Source: an uncultured Thermoplasmata archaeon
GTDB lineage: Archaea > Thermoplasmatota > Thermoplasmata > Lutacidiplasmatales > UBA184
Length of the DNA stretch: 64,000 bases
Assembly (NCBI GenBank): GCA_963842165.1
Contig: CAWJFK010000029.1
Location: forward strand, 94,308-158,307
Reading direction: 5' to 3'
Part shown: piece after piece, positions 29,845 to 39,369 of the stretch
How the letters are laid out: each line of letters starts with the position of its first letter
Position numbering within the stretch: position 1 is the stretch's first letter
The notes under the pieces: model-generated
The model's database searches: none
What the model was told of the DNA's origin: nothing
The model's input: the letters and a program-made list of their open reading frames with translations, nothing else
Made by a program: the position numbers and the translations under genes

Positions 29845-30530
29845 ATGCGTGACCTCGCGGGTTCGCAGTCGAAGAGCCCGGTGAAGCAGTACACCCTGCG
29901 GAACCCGGTACCCCTGCGCACCGCCGCGGACATCTCGACCACCCGGTCGGGATCCCGACCGACGTGGTCCTCTCGGACATCGCGGGCCCGGTCGACTTCG
30001 ACTCGCTCGCCAAGGCGATCCGACGGTCGGTCGGCCATGAGGGCATGCGCCCGGAGGACGCCCGCTCGATCGCCGCCCACGTCCTCAACTTCTTCGGCTT
30101 CAACGAGCGGATCATCGACAACGTCCTCGAACCGGACGACCGCGACACGTTCTACATGCTCGAGGACACGGGGATCCTCGAGACCGAGCGGGACGAGACG
30201 ACCCTGTACGACGGCCGGGAGTGGCGGATCCACTACTGGATGTTCCGCAAGGACCGCATCTTCGACCTCGCCCGCGAGGAGTCGGCCGCGATGGCCGCCG
30301 CGGGAGAGCAGGAGATCGTCTACTCGTCCAATGCCAATCGGTCGGGCGCCTTCCTGCTCCCCCACGGCGAGCACGGGACCGGCATGGCCGCCCACGCCGT
30401 CTACCACGAGCTGGGCGACGAGATCTGGCTCGAGCGCAAGCAGAACCCGATGCCCGCGCCCCGCGTCCCTTCGGCCCCCAAGCCCCGCCGGCGGACCGCG
30501 GCGGCCCCGAGCCGGGTCCGAGAGCTTTAG
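29845..30530 (+). CDS. Conserved-looking hypothetical protein (frame-disrupted near the N-terminus)
   Basis: MRDLAGSQSKSPVKQYTLRNPVPLRTAADIS.. (frame of ORF 29836) joins ..IPTDVVLSDIAGPVDFDSLAKAIRRS..LEDTGILETERDETTLYDGREWRIHYWMF.. (ORF 29964..30530). The shift is at about 29945-29952. Confidence 0.55.
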
Positions 30531-30556
30531 TTAGCGCCGGGGCGTCTCACCCCGCC

Positions 30557-31213
30557 GTGCGCCGCTTCCTTCTCCTGGCCCACCGCGTTCCGCCCAACGG
30601 CGCGTTCACCCTCAACGACCTCGCCGGGGGGGCGGGCCGGATGGACGAGGTCGCCCGAGCGGTCTCAACCGCGTTCACCCTCTCGAACGACCTCCGCCGG
30701 GACACCGAGGTCACGATCCTCTTCGTCGCCCAACCTCCGCCCGTCGCGCGTCGGGTGGACGTGGTGGGGGCGCGGGTGCGTTTCCTCAACCCCGACGAGC
30801 GATCGACGGCCGCCCTCGTGAAGAACGCCCTCGTGCGCTCGGCCGGCTACCCTACGGCGCTCGAGTCGTCACCGGGGCTCCGGGTCGGGCCGGTCGACCC
30901 TTCGGTCGCCCTCGCCGAATTCCTTCGCCTGCCCGGGGCGGTCTGGCTTTCCGAAGACGGACGGCCGATCGCTCACTGGACCCCGTCCGAGGGTTCCATT
31001 GCCGCCGTCCTCTCCGACCCGTACGACCCCACCGAGGCCGAGCAGGCCCTCCTCCGAGCCTCGGGAGTGCCGCAGCTGTCGGTCGGCCCCCGAAGCCTGC
31101 GCTCCTCCCAGGTGATCGACCTCGTGCACGCCGCCCTCGACGCTCGGGAGGCCGCCGCGGGGTCCGGGGGCGGTGTCAACGGGCGACCAGCGGACCCGGA
31201 CCCTTCGGGGTGA
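30557..31213 (+). CDS. trmY: tRNA (pseudouridine54-N1)-methyltransferase TrmY
   Basis: GTG internal to ORF 30221..31213. DLAGGAGRMDEVARAVSTAFTLSNDLRRDT, NPDERSTAALVKNAL and SVGPRSLRSSQVIDLVHAALD match remembered Mj1640/TrmY (SPOUT) motifs. Confidence 0.75.
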   Translation: MRRFLLLAHRVPPNGAFTLNDLAGGAGRMDEVARAVSTAFTLSNDLRRDTEVTILFVAQPPPVARRVDVVGARVRFLNPDERSTAALVKNALVRSAGYPTALESSPGLRVGPVDPSVALAEFLRLPGAVWLSEDGRPIAHWTPSEGSIAAVLSDPYDPTEAEQALLRASGVPQLSVGPRSLRSSQVIDLVHAALDAREAAAGSGGGVNGRPADPDPSG

Positions 31214-32199
31214 GGGCCTCGCGTACCGTCCGGGGGCGGAGACCTCCGACAACGGCCGTCAGGCGCACGACCTCGCTCGGTTCAGACCGCATCCGGGTGC
31301 CGAGGACGAGGCGTTCCGGTTCCCCCAGCCGGTGGCGCAGGGCGCGCAGGACCCGGTCGAGCGTGCCGAGGGTCAAGTTCGACCCCCCGTCCAAGTGGAC
31401 GAGGACCGAGGGCCGTTCGGCGATCCGGTAGTCGAGGAGCGTCTCGTTCAGCGCCTCGTGTACGAGCCGCTCGGGCTCGGAGATATGGTACTCGCCGACG
31501 ACCAGGGTGGAGAGCTCGGAGGCGCGCAGGTGGTTCTTCAGGCTGGCGAAATCGACCGAGATCTGGGACGGGTTCTCGACCATGTCCACCAGACTCGTGA
31601 CGAGCGAGTGGACGTACGCGTTCCGGACCTGGAAGACCCGGTGGATCGGGAGCGACTCGAAGCGGCGGAGCTTCTCGTTGGCGAGCGCGAGGAGGAAGCC
31701 GCCCATCCCCTCGAGGTCGGCCACGGTCGCCTCGACGTTGTCGCGCCGGCCGGTGTTCGTGTCGAGCTCGACCTGGAACGGGAGGAACGCGACCGGGATC
31801 GGCAGCGTGTCGGTCTCCCGGAGCTCCCGGGAGAGGAAGGGGAGCAAGGCGCTGCCCGTACCGCCTCCCAGCCCGGCCAGAAGGAAGACGATCTCGAACG
31901 GGCGCAGGCGCCGGAGCAACTCCTCCCGTCCCTCCTGGGCCCCGCGGAGGACCGCGTCGCGGTCGCCTCCGCTCCCCCGACCCTTGAGCTCCCGGCGCGC
32001 GAGGAGGATCCGCTCCTCGACCCCGGTGTGGAGCAGGTGGTTCGCGTCGGTGTTGATCGCGAAGGCGCGTACGCCCGGGATCCCGAGCGCGAGGAGGTCC
32101 GAGACGGCTTCGCTGCCCGGCCCCGCCCAGTCCTACGACGGCGATCGACGGCGTGACCGCGAGCGAGGCCCACGAGTCCGGGTCGGGCGAGTCCGTCAT
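31176..32199 (-). CDS. Divergent FtsZ/tubulin-family protein (frame-disrupted)
   Basis: MTDSPDPDSWASLAVTPSIAVVGLGGAG (frame of ORF 31282..32334) joins SEAVSDLLALGIPGVRAFAINTDANHL..AGLGGGTGS..LPFQVE..SVDFASL.. (frame of ORF 31176..31919). An extra base lies at about 32115. The full FtsZ N- and C-domain pattern is present. Confidence 0.8.
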
Positions 32200-32215
32200 C
32201 CGCTCTCCATCGCCG

Positions 32216-32578
32216 TCAGGGCGGTGGGGAGCCCTCGGTGGCGAGCGCCTCCCCCTCACGTCGGTGGGAACGGGCGGCCCCGGCCTGTTCGAGCCGCCCG
32301 CGGATGTACTCCCGGACGGCCGAACGGACGGCATCGTCGACGCTGACGGAATTGCCCTCGCGCACGAACGCTTCGAGACGGCTGTTGTCCTGACGGGACA
32401 GCTCGACGACGACCTTCCGGACGTTCTGGGGAGGCAAGTGGAGCTCGATGTACTGCTCGAGTCCCTCGCGGATCGTGTCGGAGATCGTAGGCGAGCCGCG
32501 GACGTCCTGGATCTGCTTCAGCTTCTCGATGAGTTCCTGCGGGATCCTGACGGTCACCCGCTCGGATGTGTCGACCAT
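32216..32578 (-). CDS. Tandem ribbon-helix-helix (CopG-like) DNA-binding protein, CdrS/CdrL-like context
   Basis: Two RHH-like units (VTVRIPQELIEKLKQI..ISDTIREGLEQYI and VVVELSRQDNSRLEAFV..VDDAVRSAVREYI). The stop lies 17 nt upstream of the FtsZ-like start. Start taken at the second ATG (MVDTSE). Confidence 0.7.
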   Translation of the reverse strand: MVDTSERVTVRIPQELIEKLKQIQDVRGSPTISDTIREGLEQYIELHLPPQNVRKVVVELSRQDNSRLEAFVREGNSVSVDDAVRSAVREYIRGRLEQAGAARSHRREGEALATEGSPPP

Positions 32579-32582
32579 GTCT

Positions 32583-32611
32583 GTCAGACAAGACCCCTTT
32601 CTTTGTCTGAC
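32583..32611 (-). promoter_or_regulatory. Perfect 9-bp inverted repeat GTCAGACAA-N11-TTGTCTGAC (candidate operator)
   Basis: Lies 5-33 nt upstream of the RHH ATG (32578) and about 25 nt downstream of a TCAAATACC TATA-like element (32632-32640 on the plus strand). Confidence 0.5.
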
Positions 32612-32727
32612 GATTGACATATCATCCTGCTGGTATTTGAACCTCGCTGGTCCCGGCGCTGCGCGCTACCCGCGGAGCTCTCTGCAGGACGTATTGAAGG
32701 GGATTCGAGCCCATCCCGCGACCGGAG

Positions 32728-32916
32728 TTGCGCGGGATGAGTGAGGCCAACGGTCCGATCGTCCCGGGGTCCGCCGACCCAGCGAGAGGACGGTGCCCGG
32801 ACTGCGGCGGGGAGTTGAGCGAACCGGTCAGCGGAGACGTCCACTGCCACGTGGTCTGCCGCGCGTGTGGGGCGAAGTTCGAGCTCGATGACCCGCGCCT
32901 CTCCCGCGGAGAGTAG
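32728..32916 (+). CDS. Small zinc-ribbon protein, hypothetical (62 aa)
   Basis: CPDCGG...CRACGA four-Cys ribbon. Intact and divergent from the RHH gene. Confidence 0.4.
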   Translation: MRGMSEANGPIVPGSADPARGRCPDCGGELSEPVSGDVHCHVVCRACGAKFELDDPRLSRGE

Positions 32917-33066
32917 ACCGTATCGGCGACCTAGAGCAGGAGTACGGATCCCGCCGAATTCGGGGACCCACCACGGTGGAGAGGCCCGGCCCGCTCCTCG
33001 TGACGAATGCCGACCGAGGAGTGAGAAATACGACGAGCCCATGAGCCGGTCCGGTCTGCCATCCCG

Positions 33067-34110
33067 ATGGCATCCGTCTCGAACGAGATCGAGCTGATCG
33101 CTCTCGCCGCCGACGTCCCGGCAGCGGTCCGGCTCGCTCGCCTGGCCATCGTGGCCGCGTACACCCGCTCGGGCCCCGCGGTCGATGCGGAGTCCCGCAT
33201 CGCCTCGGTCACCGAACGGATCCACTCGGGGGAGATGACCGAGGGTCGGGTGTGCCGGCTCGACGGTCGGTCGGTCGGCATCGCGTTCTGGGAGACCGGC
33301 CATCCTCGAGGCATCACGCTCCAAATCCTCTATCTCGAACCGACGGTCGCCCGAAGGTCCGCATATGAAGCCGTCCTCTCGGCGCTCACGTCGGGCGTGG
33401 GGCCGCTCGTCTTCACCCCGGGGGGACTGGTCGGACTCTCCGACGCCGACGAGAGCGCGATGATGCAGGCGCTTCGATTCGCGCGCTTCTCACGGTCCGA
33501 GATGCGGTGGCCTGCCTCGCTCGCCCCTCCACCGCTCCGGGAATCGGACGGGATTGCGATGCGGCCGGTCCTCGCGGCGGACGAGCCGACCGTGGCGACG
33601 CTACACCTCGCCGCGTTCGACGGGACCTTCGACCAGTACATGTACCTCAGCGACCCCGATCCCGCGATCGATGCGGCGCGATCGGTTCGCGAAATGATGA
33701 CCGGACGGTATGGAGAGTTCCTCGGATGGGCCTCGACGATCGCCGAGTCCGAAGGTCGACCGGTCGGCGCATCGCTCGTCATCCGGGCGATGTTCGGGCC
33801 GCTTCTCATCAGCGTGATGGTGGACCGGGAGTCCCAGGGCCGGGGCATCGGTCGGGCGATGGTCCTCGCCAATCTCCACGCGCTCCGGGCGCGCGGGGAG
33901 ACCTTCGCCGCCCTCAACGTCACGGAAGGCAACACTCGCGCGGTCCAGCTGTACGAGCGCCTCGGGTTCGTCCGCTCGCTCGGCCCCGAGCACTCGTGGT
34001 ACTCGCGCGCGGCGGTCCCGGTCGCGCCCGGGGAGATCCTCAGGACCCCGTCGAGCTCTCCGAGCCCGGGTACGACAGGTTCCGGAGCGAACCGAACGCC
34101 GCGAACATGA
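33067..34110 (+). CDS. GNAT-family N-acetyltransferase (two GNAT-like halves)
   Basis: Intact 347-aa ORF. The C-terminal half carries the acetyl-CoA motif (..VDRESQGRGIGRAMV..NTRAVQLYERLGF..). Confidence 0.75.
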   Translation: MASVSNEIELIALAADVPAAVRLARLAIVAAYTRSGPAVDAESRIASVTERIHSGEMTEGRVCRLDGRSVGIAFWETGHPRGITLQILYLEPTVARRSAYEAVLSALTSGVGPLVFTPGGLVGLSDADESAMMQALRFARFSRSEMRWPASLAPPPLRESDGIAMRPVLAADEPTVATLHLAAFDGTFDQYMYLSDPDPAIDAARSVREMMTGRYGEFLGWASTIAESEGRPVGASLVIRAMFGPLLISVMVDRESQGRGIGRAMVLANLHALRARGETFAALNVTEGNTRAVQLYERLGFVRSLGPEHSWYSRAAVPVAPGEILRTPSSSPSPGTTGSGANRTPRT

Positions 34111-35366
34111 ACCCGCCGAAGACGAGGAGCGTCCCTCCGGCGAAGAGGTACGTTCCCTGCACCCCGGCGGCGATCGTCAGCAACCCGCCCGCGTACTGGC
34201 CGACCGGGACGAGGGCGTAGCTGCCGACCTCGTCCGCGGAGAACACCCGTCCCATCACCTCGTCCGGGACGTTCGACTGGATGGTCGAGAGGAAGATCGT
34301 CGTGAACATCCCCGGGATCGTCCCGAAGAGGAAGATGATCGGGAGGGCGAGCCAGATCGAGTGGACGAGCGCGAGCGCGAACAGCGAGGCGCCGAGCGCG
34401 CACGTGAGGGCGATGAGCGCCCGGCCCGCCCGGGGCTCGAACCGAACGTTCGCGATCAGGACGAATCCGACGGACGACCCGACCGTGGCGGCCGCGACCA
34501 TCGCCCCGTACCAGATCCCCTGGGTTAGCCCGAGCCACGAGGTCACGTAGAGGGCGAGCTCGACGGTCGCGAGCGCGACGAGGAAGTTGATCACGAGGGC
34601 CCCGATGGTGATCTCGAGGAGCGCCCAGTGGCGGGCGAGGTAGGCGAACCCGTTGCGCGCCTCCCGCAGGAGCGAGTGGGCCGGACCGGCGCGCGTCACC
34701 GACAGGTCGATGTCGACGCCCGCGAGGGCCACCTGTGTGACGAACAAGAGAGCGAACGGCACCGCGAACGCGTACGCAGCGGGGGCGACGGTCAGCAAGA
34801 TCCCGACCCCGACCGTGCCGGCAGCGCTGACCCCTCCTGCGATCGCGTAGATCGCGCCGTTGGCCCGGCCGAGCAGCTCCCGCCGCACGACTCGTGGAAC
34901 GGACGTGTTGAACGCCGGCCGGAAGATCGTCGAGGAGACGATCACCGCAGCCCAGAACGGGAAGATCAGGAGGATCCAGACGGGAATGTAGAATCCCGGG
35001 GGACCGGGAAGGTCCACCCGGCCGGCGGGGTGGAAGACGAAGAGGGTGGCGAGTCCGGTCGTCGCGACGACACCGACCAGGTTGACGAACCGCATGAGCT
35101 TCCCCCGGTCGTACCGGTCTGCGAGCGCCCCCGAGTAGAACGCGGCGACGAGCGTTGGTACGGTCGAAGAGAGGCCGAGGAAGGCGAGCGCGAGGGCCGC
35201 GTAGCTCGCGCGCTCGTGCGCGGGGTACGCGACCGCGACGGAGAAGAACAAGATCACGGAGGCCGTACCCGGGGCCGCGAACTGGAGCGCTCCGGCCGTC
35301 AGAAAGGAGCCGAACGAGCGCTGGCGGAACAGTTCCGCGTACCGACCGCTCAGGAAGAGCCTCCAC
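34040..35366 (-). CDS. MFS transporter (N-terminal frame disruption)
   Basis: ORF 34040..35257 extends in frame as ..YAELFRQRSFGSFLTAGALQFAAPGTAS.. with no start codon. GTG 35366 (MEALPERS..) is in the adjacent frame, with the shift at about 35340. About 12 TM helices and the GALADRYDRGK motif. Confidence 0.8.
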
Positions 35367-35450
35367 CCGGTGCGGCGGGGACCGTCCCCTCCGAGTTAAG
35401 GGTATCGCGGGAGCGCGTGCCGCGCCGAAAGCCGCTTATGGGACGGGCCC

Positions 35451-36584
35451 GTGGGACGACCTCCGGAGCCGACCGTGCGCCTTCTCCACCGCGACGCGGC
35501 GACGGGTCAGCTTCGCCTCCGCCTGGAGAGCCCGAGCGACCTTTGGCGGATCGCGCGGTTCGTTCGATCGGGGGATTTCGCCGGCGGCTCGACCACCCGA
35601 CGGGACCCCGAGGCTCCCATGGACGTCCCCGGGGCCGAGCGGGTCCGCCGTCGGGTCTGGATCGTCGTCGAGGTCGAGCAAGTGGAATTCCACGGGTTCT
35701 CCAAGCACGTGCGCCTCACCGGCCCGATTCGGGAGGGTCCGTTCGACATCGGACGACATCACACGCTCGACCTGACCGAGGGCGACGAGGTCACCGTCCT
35801 CAAGCGGTCGACCTCCGCCGGGGACCGGATCCTCCTGGAGGAGGGGCTCGCGGGAACGGGCGAACCGACGATCCTGCTCGCGGCGGTCGACTGGGGCGAC
35901 TCGTCGCTCGTCCGACTTCGGGGACGAGCGATCGAGCCGGTCGCCGACCTCCGCCGGACGATCGCGGGAAAGCGGTTCCAGGGCGGCCAGGGAGAAAAGG
36001 ACCGGAAGACCTACTCCGACGAGCTCGTCGCGCTCCTCCGGCGGGAAGGGCCGGTGGCGAACGCGGTGATCATCGCGGGCCCGGGGTTCCTCAAGGAGGA
36101 ACTCTCCCGGCGCCTCCACGAGGAGGACCCCGGCGTCGCCGCCAAGGTGAAGGTCTACTCCACGGCCGAGTCGGGCCGGGTCGGGGTGGACGAGCTCCTG
36201 AAGTCGGGGCGCGCCACGGAAGTGCTCCGGGGGAGCGTCGCCGCGGAGGAGGCGGAATTCGTGGAGCGACTCGTCCGCTCGCTCGCGACCGGGACCCGGG
36301 CGGCCGTGGGACGGGCGGAGGTGGCGGAAGCGGTCGACGCCGGCGCGGTCGAAACGTTGCTCGTCTCCGAGCGGCTGCTCACCGACCCCGAGGTGCTGCC
36401 GGTGCTCGACCGGGCCCGCGCCGCCCGGGCGCGCCTCTTCGTGGTCCGGGACGAGGGAGAGAACGGAGCCAAGCTCGACGGATTGGGGGCGATCGCCGCG
36501 ATCCTGCGCTACGACTGGACGAGCGCGTCCGGGCCTAAGGGATCGCCTGGATCGCCTCGCGCAGCTCCTCGAAGCGGCGCTTGA
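35451..36584 (+). CDS. pelA: Pelota (Dom34) mRNA surveillance factor
   Basis: Intact 377-aa ORF with the three-domain eRF1-like pattern (..DLWRIARFV.., ..IIAGPGFLKEEL.., ..AVETLLVSE..). The 3' end overlaps the rpoD 3' end. Confidence 0.9.
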   Translation: MGRPPEPTVRLLHRDAATGQLRLRLESPSDLWRIARFVRSGDFAGGSTTRRDPEAPMDVPGAERVRRRVWIVVEVEQVEFHGFSKHVRLTGPIREGPFDIGRHHTLDLTEGDEVTVLKRSTSAGDRILLEEGLAGTGEPTILLAAVDWGDSSLVRLRGRAIEPVADLRRTIAGKRFQGGQGEKDRKTYSDELVALLRREGPVANAVIIAGPGFLKEELSRRLHEEDPGVAAKVKVYSTAESGRVGVDELLKSGRATEVLRGSVAAEEAEFVERLVRSLATGTRAAVGRAEVAEAVDAGAVETLLVSERLLTDPEVLPVLDRARAARARLFVVRDEGENGAKLDGLGAIAAILRYDWTSASGPKGSPGSPRAAPRSGA

Positions 36585-37383
36585 GGTCCTTCAAAGCGAA
36601 GCGCAGCGCCTCGCGGGGGGTCAGCGAACCGTCCGTCTCGAACCGGAGGAAGAAGTCCGCCGTGTCGGGGGTGATCTTGATCGACCCGTGCTCGCACGCC
36701 TTCTCGCACGCGCCGCAGTCGATGCACTTCAGCTCGTCCGTCACGGAGAGCTTGCCGCCGGAGAACTCGAGGATGTTCACGGGGCACGAGCCGGCGGTCC
36801 GCCGGAGGCACGCGTCCGTGCAATCGGGCTTCTTCGCGATCTTGACGTGGGGGCGGGGGAACATCCCGACGCCCTGGGCGACCTGCCACTTCGCATGCTC
36901 GCGGGCGGTGCCGACGACGGCCGTCGCGTAGGCGAGCAGCGCCTGCCGGGCCCCAAGGCGCACGATCGGGATCTCCGGCTCGAGGATCGCGAGCGTCGCG
37001 TCCCCGAGCGGGACGACGTCGCGCGCGTAGACCGTGCAGGGACCCTTTCGGTCGATCGAGAACATCACCTGGCAGTGCGGGCACCCAGCTCCGCCGCACG
37101 TGCACTCGGACTTCCGGCGGAACTCAGAGAGGTCCGTCGGGATCGGGAGCAGGCCGAGGCGCAACGCGATCGCCTCGTCGAACATGCTGGTCGACGAATC
37201 GTAGTCCTTCCCCGTGGCTTCGTCCCGGATCGGACCGAGGTGGAACTCGACATCCTCGATCGCGAGCTTGGGCACGTCAGCGAGCAGCGTCCGCCGGATC
37301 GCGTTCACCTGCGACGCGGTCGCATTGTCGACCTCGACGAGCGCCGCGCGCGGCTTCAGCTCCTGGATGGTCAGAGGCGCCAA
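36535..37383 (-). CDS. rpoD: DNA-directed RNA polymerase subunit D (Rpo3) with 4Fe-4S ferredoxin-like insert
   Basis: TTG start 4 nt after the S11 stop (MAPLTIQELK..). ..NAIRRTLLADVP.., Cys clusters CTCGGAGCPHC and CIDCGACEKAC. Confidence 0.9.
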   Translation of the reverse strand: MAPLTIQELKPRAALVEVDNATASQVNAIRRTLLADVPKLAIEDVEFHLGPIRDEATGKDYDSSTSMFDEAIALRLGLLPIPTDLSEFRRKSECTCGGAGCPHCQVMFSIDRKGPCTVYARDVVPLGDATLAILEPEIPIVRLGARQALLAYATAVVGTAREHAKWQVAQGVGMFPRPHVKIAKKPDCTDACLRRTAGSCPVNILEFSGGKLSVTDELKCIDCGACEKACEHGSIKITPDTADFFLRFETDGSLTPREALRFALKDLKRRFEELREAIQAIP

Positions 37384-37387
37384 GGCA

Positions 37388-37771
37388 CTACACCCGCCGT
37401 CCGCGTCGGCCGCCCTTCGGCTTCGTCCCGTCGTGGGGGACCGGCGTGACGTCTTCGATCCGTTGGATCTTGACACCGGCGCGCGCGAGGGCCCGGATCG
37501 CCGCCTGAGCGCCCGGTCCCGGGGAGCGGGAGCGGTTGCCCCCGGGAGCGCGGACCCGGACGTGGAGCGTGTCGTACCCCTTCTCTTTGATCGCCGCGGC
37601 GATCTGGTCGGCGGCCTTCATCGCCGCATACGGGCTCGATTCGTCCCGTGCGGCTTTGACGACCATCCCGCCGGTCGCCTTCGCGAGCGTCTCGGCACCG
37701 GTGACGTCGGTGACGGTGATGTGGATGTTGTTGTAGCTGGCGTAAATGTGGGCGATGCCGATCTTGGCCAT
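37388..37771 (-). CDS. rps11: 30S ribosomal protein S11 (uS11)
   Basis: Intact 127-aa ORF, ..[23 protein letters not shown]... Canonical S13-S4-S11-RpoD order. Confidence 0.95.
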   Translation of the reverse strand: MAKIGIAHIYASYNNIHITVTDVTGAETLAKATGGMVVKAARDESSPYAAMKAADQIAAAIKEKGYDTLHVRVRAPGGNRSRSPGPGAQAAIRALARAGVKIQRIEDVTPVPHDGTKPKGGRRGRRV

Positions 37772-37774
37772 CGC

Positions 37775-38365
37775 TCAAGCCTCCTGGGCCGGGGCGGGCG
37801 GAGCCTCCGCGGGAGAGGAGCGGGAGGTCAGTCGCTCCCGGAGCGCCGAGCGCTGGGAGTGGTCGTCGTCCGAGAGGGGGCTGGTTGGGGTGTAGGAGAT
37901 CTTCACCTCGTCGGAGGCGGGGACGAGGTAGCCCGGGCGCGTCACGCGGTGGTCGCCGATCGAGAAGTGTCCGTGCACGATCCATTGGCGGGCGCCCTTC
38001 GGCGTCGGGGCCAGTTCGCGATGGAACACGATCCACTCGAACCGTCGGCGGAGCACGTCCTCGGTGGTGAGGGCGAGCACGTCGTCGATCGAGGGAGACG
38101 ATTGGGAGAGGACGCCGAGGCGGCTCAACCGGCCGAGGAGACCCGCAGTCTCCCGCTCGGCCTGCGGTTCGCCGGCCCGCAGGCGGGCTTGGAGGTCTCG
38201 CGCCTGCCGGCGGAACCCCCGGAGGATTGACTGCGCCTTCCACAGCTCGCGCTTGTTCTTGAGGCCGTACTTCACGAGGAGCTTGCGCTCCTCGTCCATC
38301 CGGCCGGCCTCCCAGGGATGCTTCGGAGTGTCGTAGGTGCGGCGCAGGAACTTTGGATCGCCCAT
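37775..38365 (-). CDS. rps4: 30S ribosomal protein S4 (uS4)
   Basis: Intact 196-aa ORF, MGDPKFLRRTYDTPKHPWE..YGLKNKRELWK... Confidence 0.95.
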   Translation of the reverse strand: MGDPKFLRRTYDTPKHPWEAGRMDEERKLLVKYGLKNKRELWKAQSILRGFRRQARDLQARLRAGEPQAERETAGLLGRLSRLGVLSQSSPSIDDVLALTTEDVLRRRFEWIVFHRELAPTPKGARQWIVHGHFSIGDHRVTRPGYLVPASDEVKISYTPTSPLSDDDHSQRSALRERLTSRSSPAEAPPAPAQEA

Positions 38366-38369
38366 CGTA

Positions 38370-39152
38370 TCACGCCTTCTTGGCTGGAGCCGCCTTCGTC
38401 GCAGTCGCGGCCGGTGTTGCGGCGGGCGCGGCGGCTGGGGCGGCCGCCGGTGCTCCCGGCGAGCCTCCCTCCTCCTTGCTCGCCGCCGCGGCCGCCGCCT
38501 TCGCGTCCTTCTTCAGCACGCCCGCGGCCATGCCGGTGCGCCCGTTCGACCGGGTGCGCTGGCCCCGGACCTTCTGTCCGCGTTCGTGGCGGACGCCCCG
38601 GTAGCTCCGGACCATGCGCATCTGATTGATGTCGTCCCGCCGGCGGGTCGTGAGCTCGGGACCGATGTAGTGGAGGGTCTCGCCCATCATCGGCTCGCGC
38701 CGGTGGTTGACCATCCAGAGCGGAACTTTGGTCGGGAGGGAGGCGAGCGTAGCTTCGATCCCCTCGACCGTCTGTTCGGAGAGATTGCCGATCCGCTCCT
38801 CCGCGGGGACGTTCGCAAGGAGGCAGGCGACCTCGGCGAGCCGAAGGCCGACGCCGTTGACGCCGGTGAGCGCGAGCGCCGTCGGGCGCGTGCCGTCCAG
38901 GTCGGTGTTCACGACGCGGACGATGTATCGGAAGTTGGGGTTGTCGGAGACGAACTTGGGGGCCTTGCCCGACCCCGGGCCTTTGCCCTTGGTCTTGGCC
39001 TCCTTGCCGTCCTTTGACTCCTTGGAGTCCTTGCCCTTCGCCCCCTTCTCCTTCTTCGGGGCCTTCTCCGTCGAGGGCTCGGCCCCAGCAGGCGGGGCGG
39101 ACGCGGCCGGGGCGGCCTTTGCGTCCTTCGACTCCTTGGGCGCGGGACTCAC
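38370..39152 (-). CDS. rps13: 30S ribosomal protein S13 (uS13) with long low-complexity N- and C-terminal extensions
   Basis: The core FRYIVRVVNTDLDGTRP..RSYRGVRHERGQKVRGQRTRSNGR is flanked by about 70 aa of K/E/A/P-rich N-terminus and about 45 aa of A/P/K-rich C-terminus. No alternative start lies between ATG 39152 and the core. Confidence 0.9.
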   Translation of the reverse strand: MSPAPKESKDAKAAPAASAPPAGAEPSTEKAPKKEKGAKGKDSKESKDGKEAKTKGKGPGSGKAPKFVSDNPNFRYIVRVVNTDLDGTRPTALALTGVNGVGLRLAEVACLLANVPAEERIGNLSEQTVEGIEATLASLPTKVPLWMVNHRREPMMGETLHYIGPELTTRRRDDINQMRMVRSYRGVRHERGQKVRGQRTRSNGRTGMAAGVLKKDAKAAAAAASKEEGGSPGAPAAAPAAAPAATPAATATKAAPAKKA

Positions 39153-39369
39153 TCTCCTGATGTACCGGGACCGGATGCGCGGAGAGCCTCGCGGCCGTCC
39201 GGGCGACCCCCGGTCCGAGGGTGCGCGCGCCGAGAAAGCCGCCCCTCTTAAGCGCTTCGGGGAGAATCCGACCCGACCCCCTTCGAGAGCACGAGAGGGC
39301 CTGACCGGACCCCGTCTCGCACCGGAACTCCGGCCAAGTTAGATGTAACCAGGGTACATCCTCGCTTCC

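Noticed and set aside
39153-39369. The 217-bp spacer upstream of the S13 operon was examined for a tRNA, a C/D-box sRNA (CTGATGTA at about 39157) or a leader structure.
   Set aside because: No D box at the right distance, no cloverleaf, and only short GC stems. Nothing can be supported beyond a weak CTTAAGAG TATA-like element.
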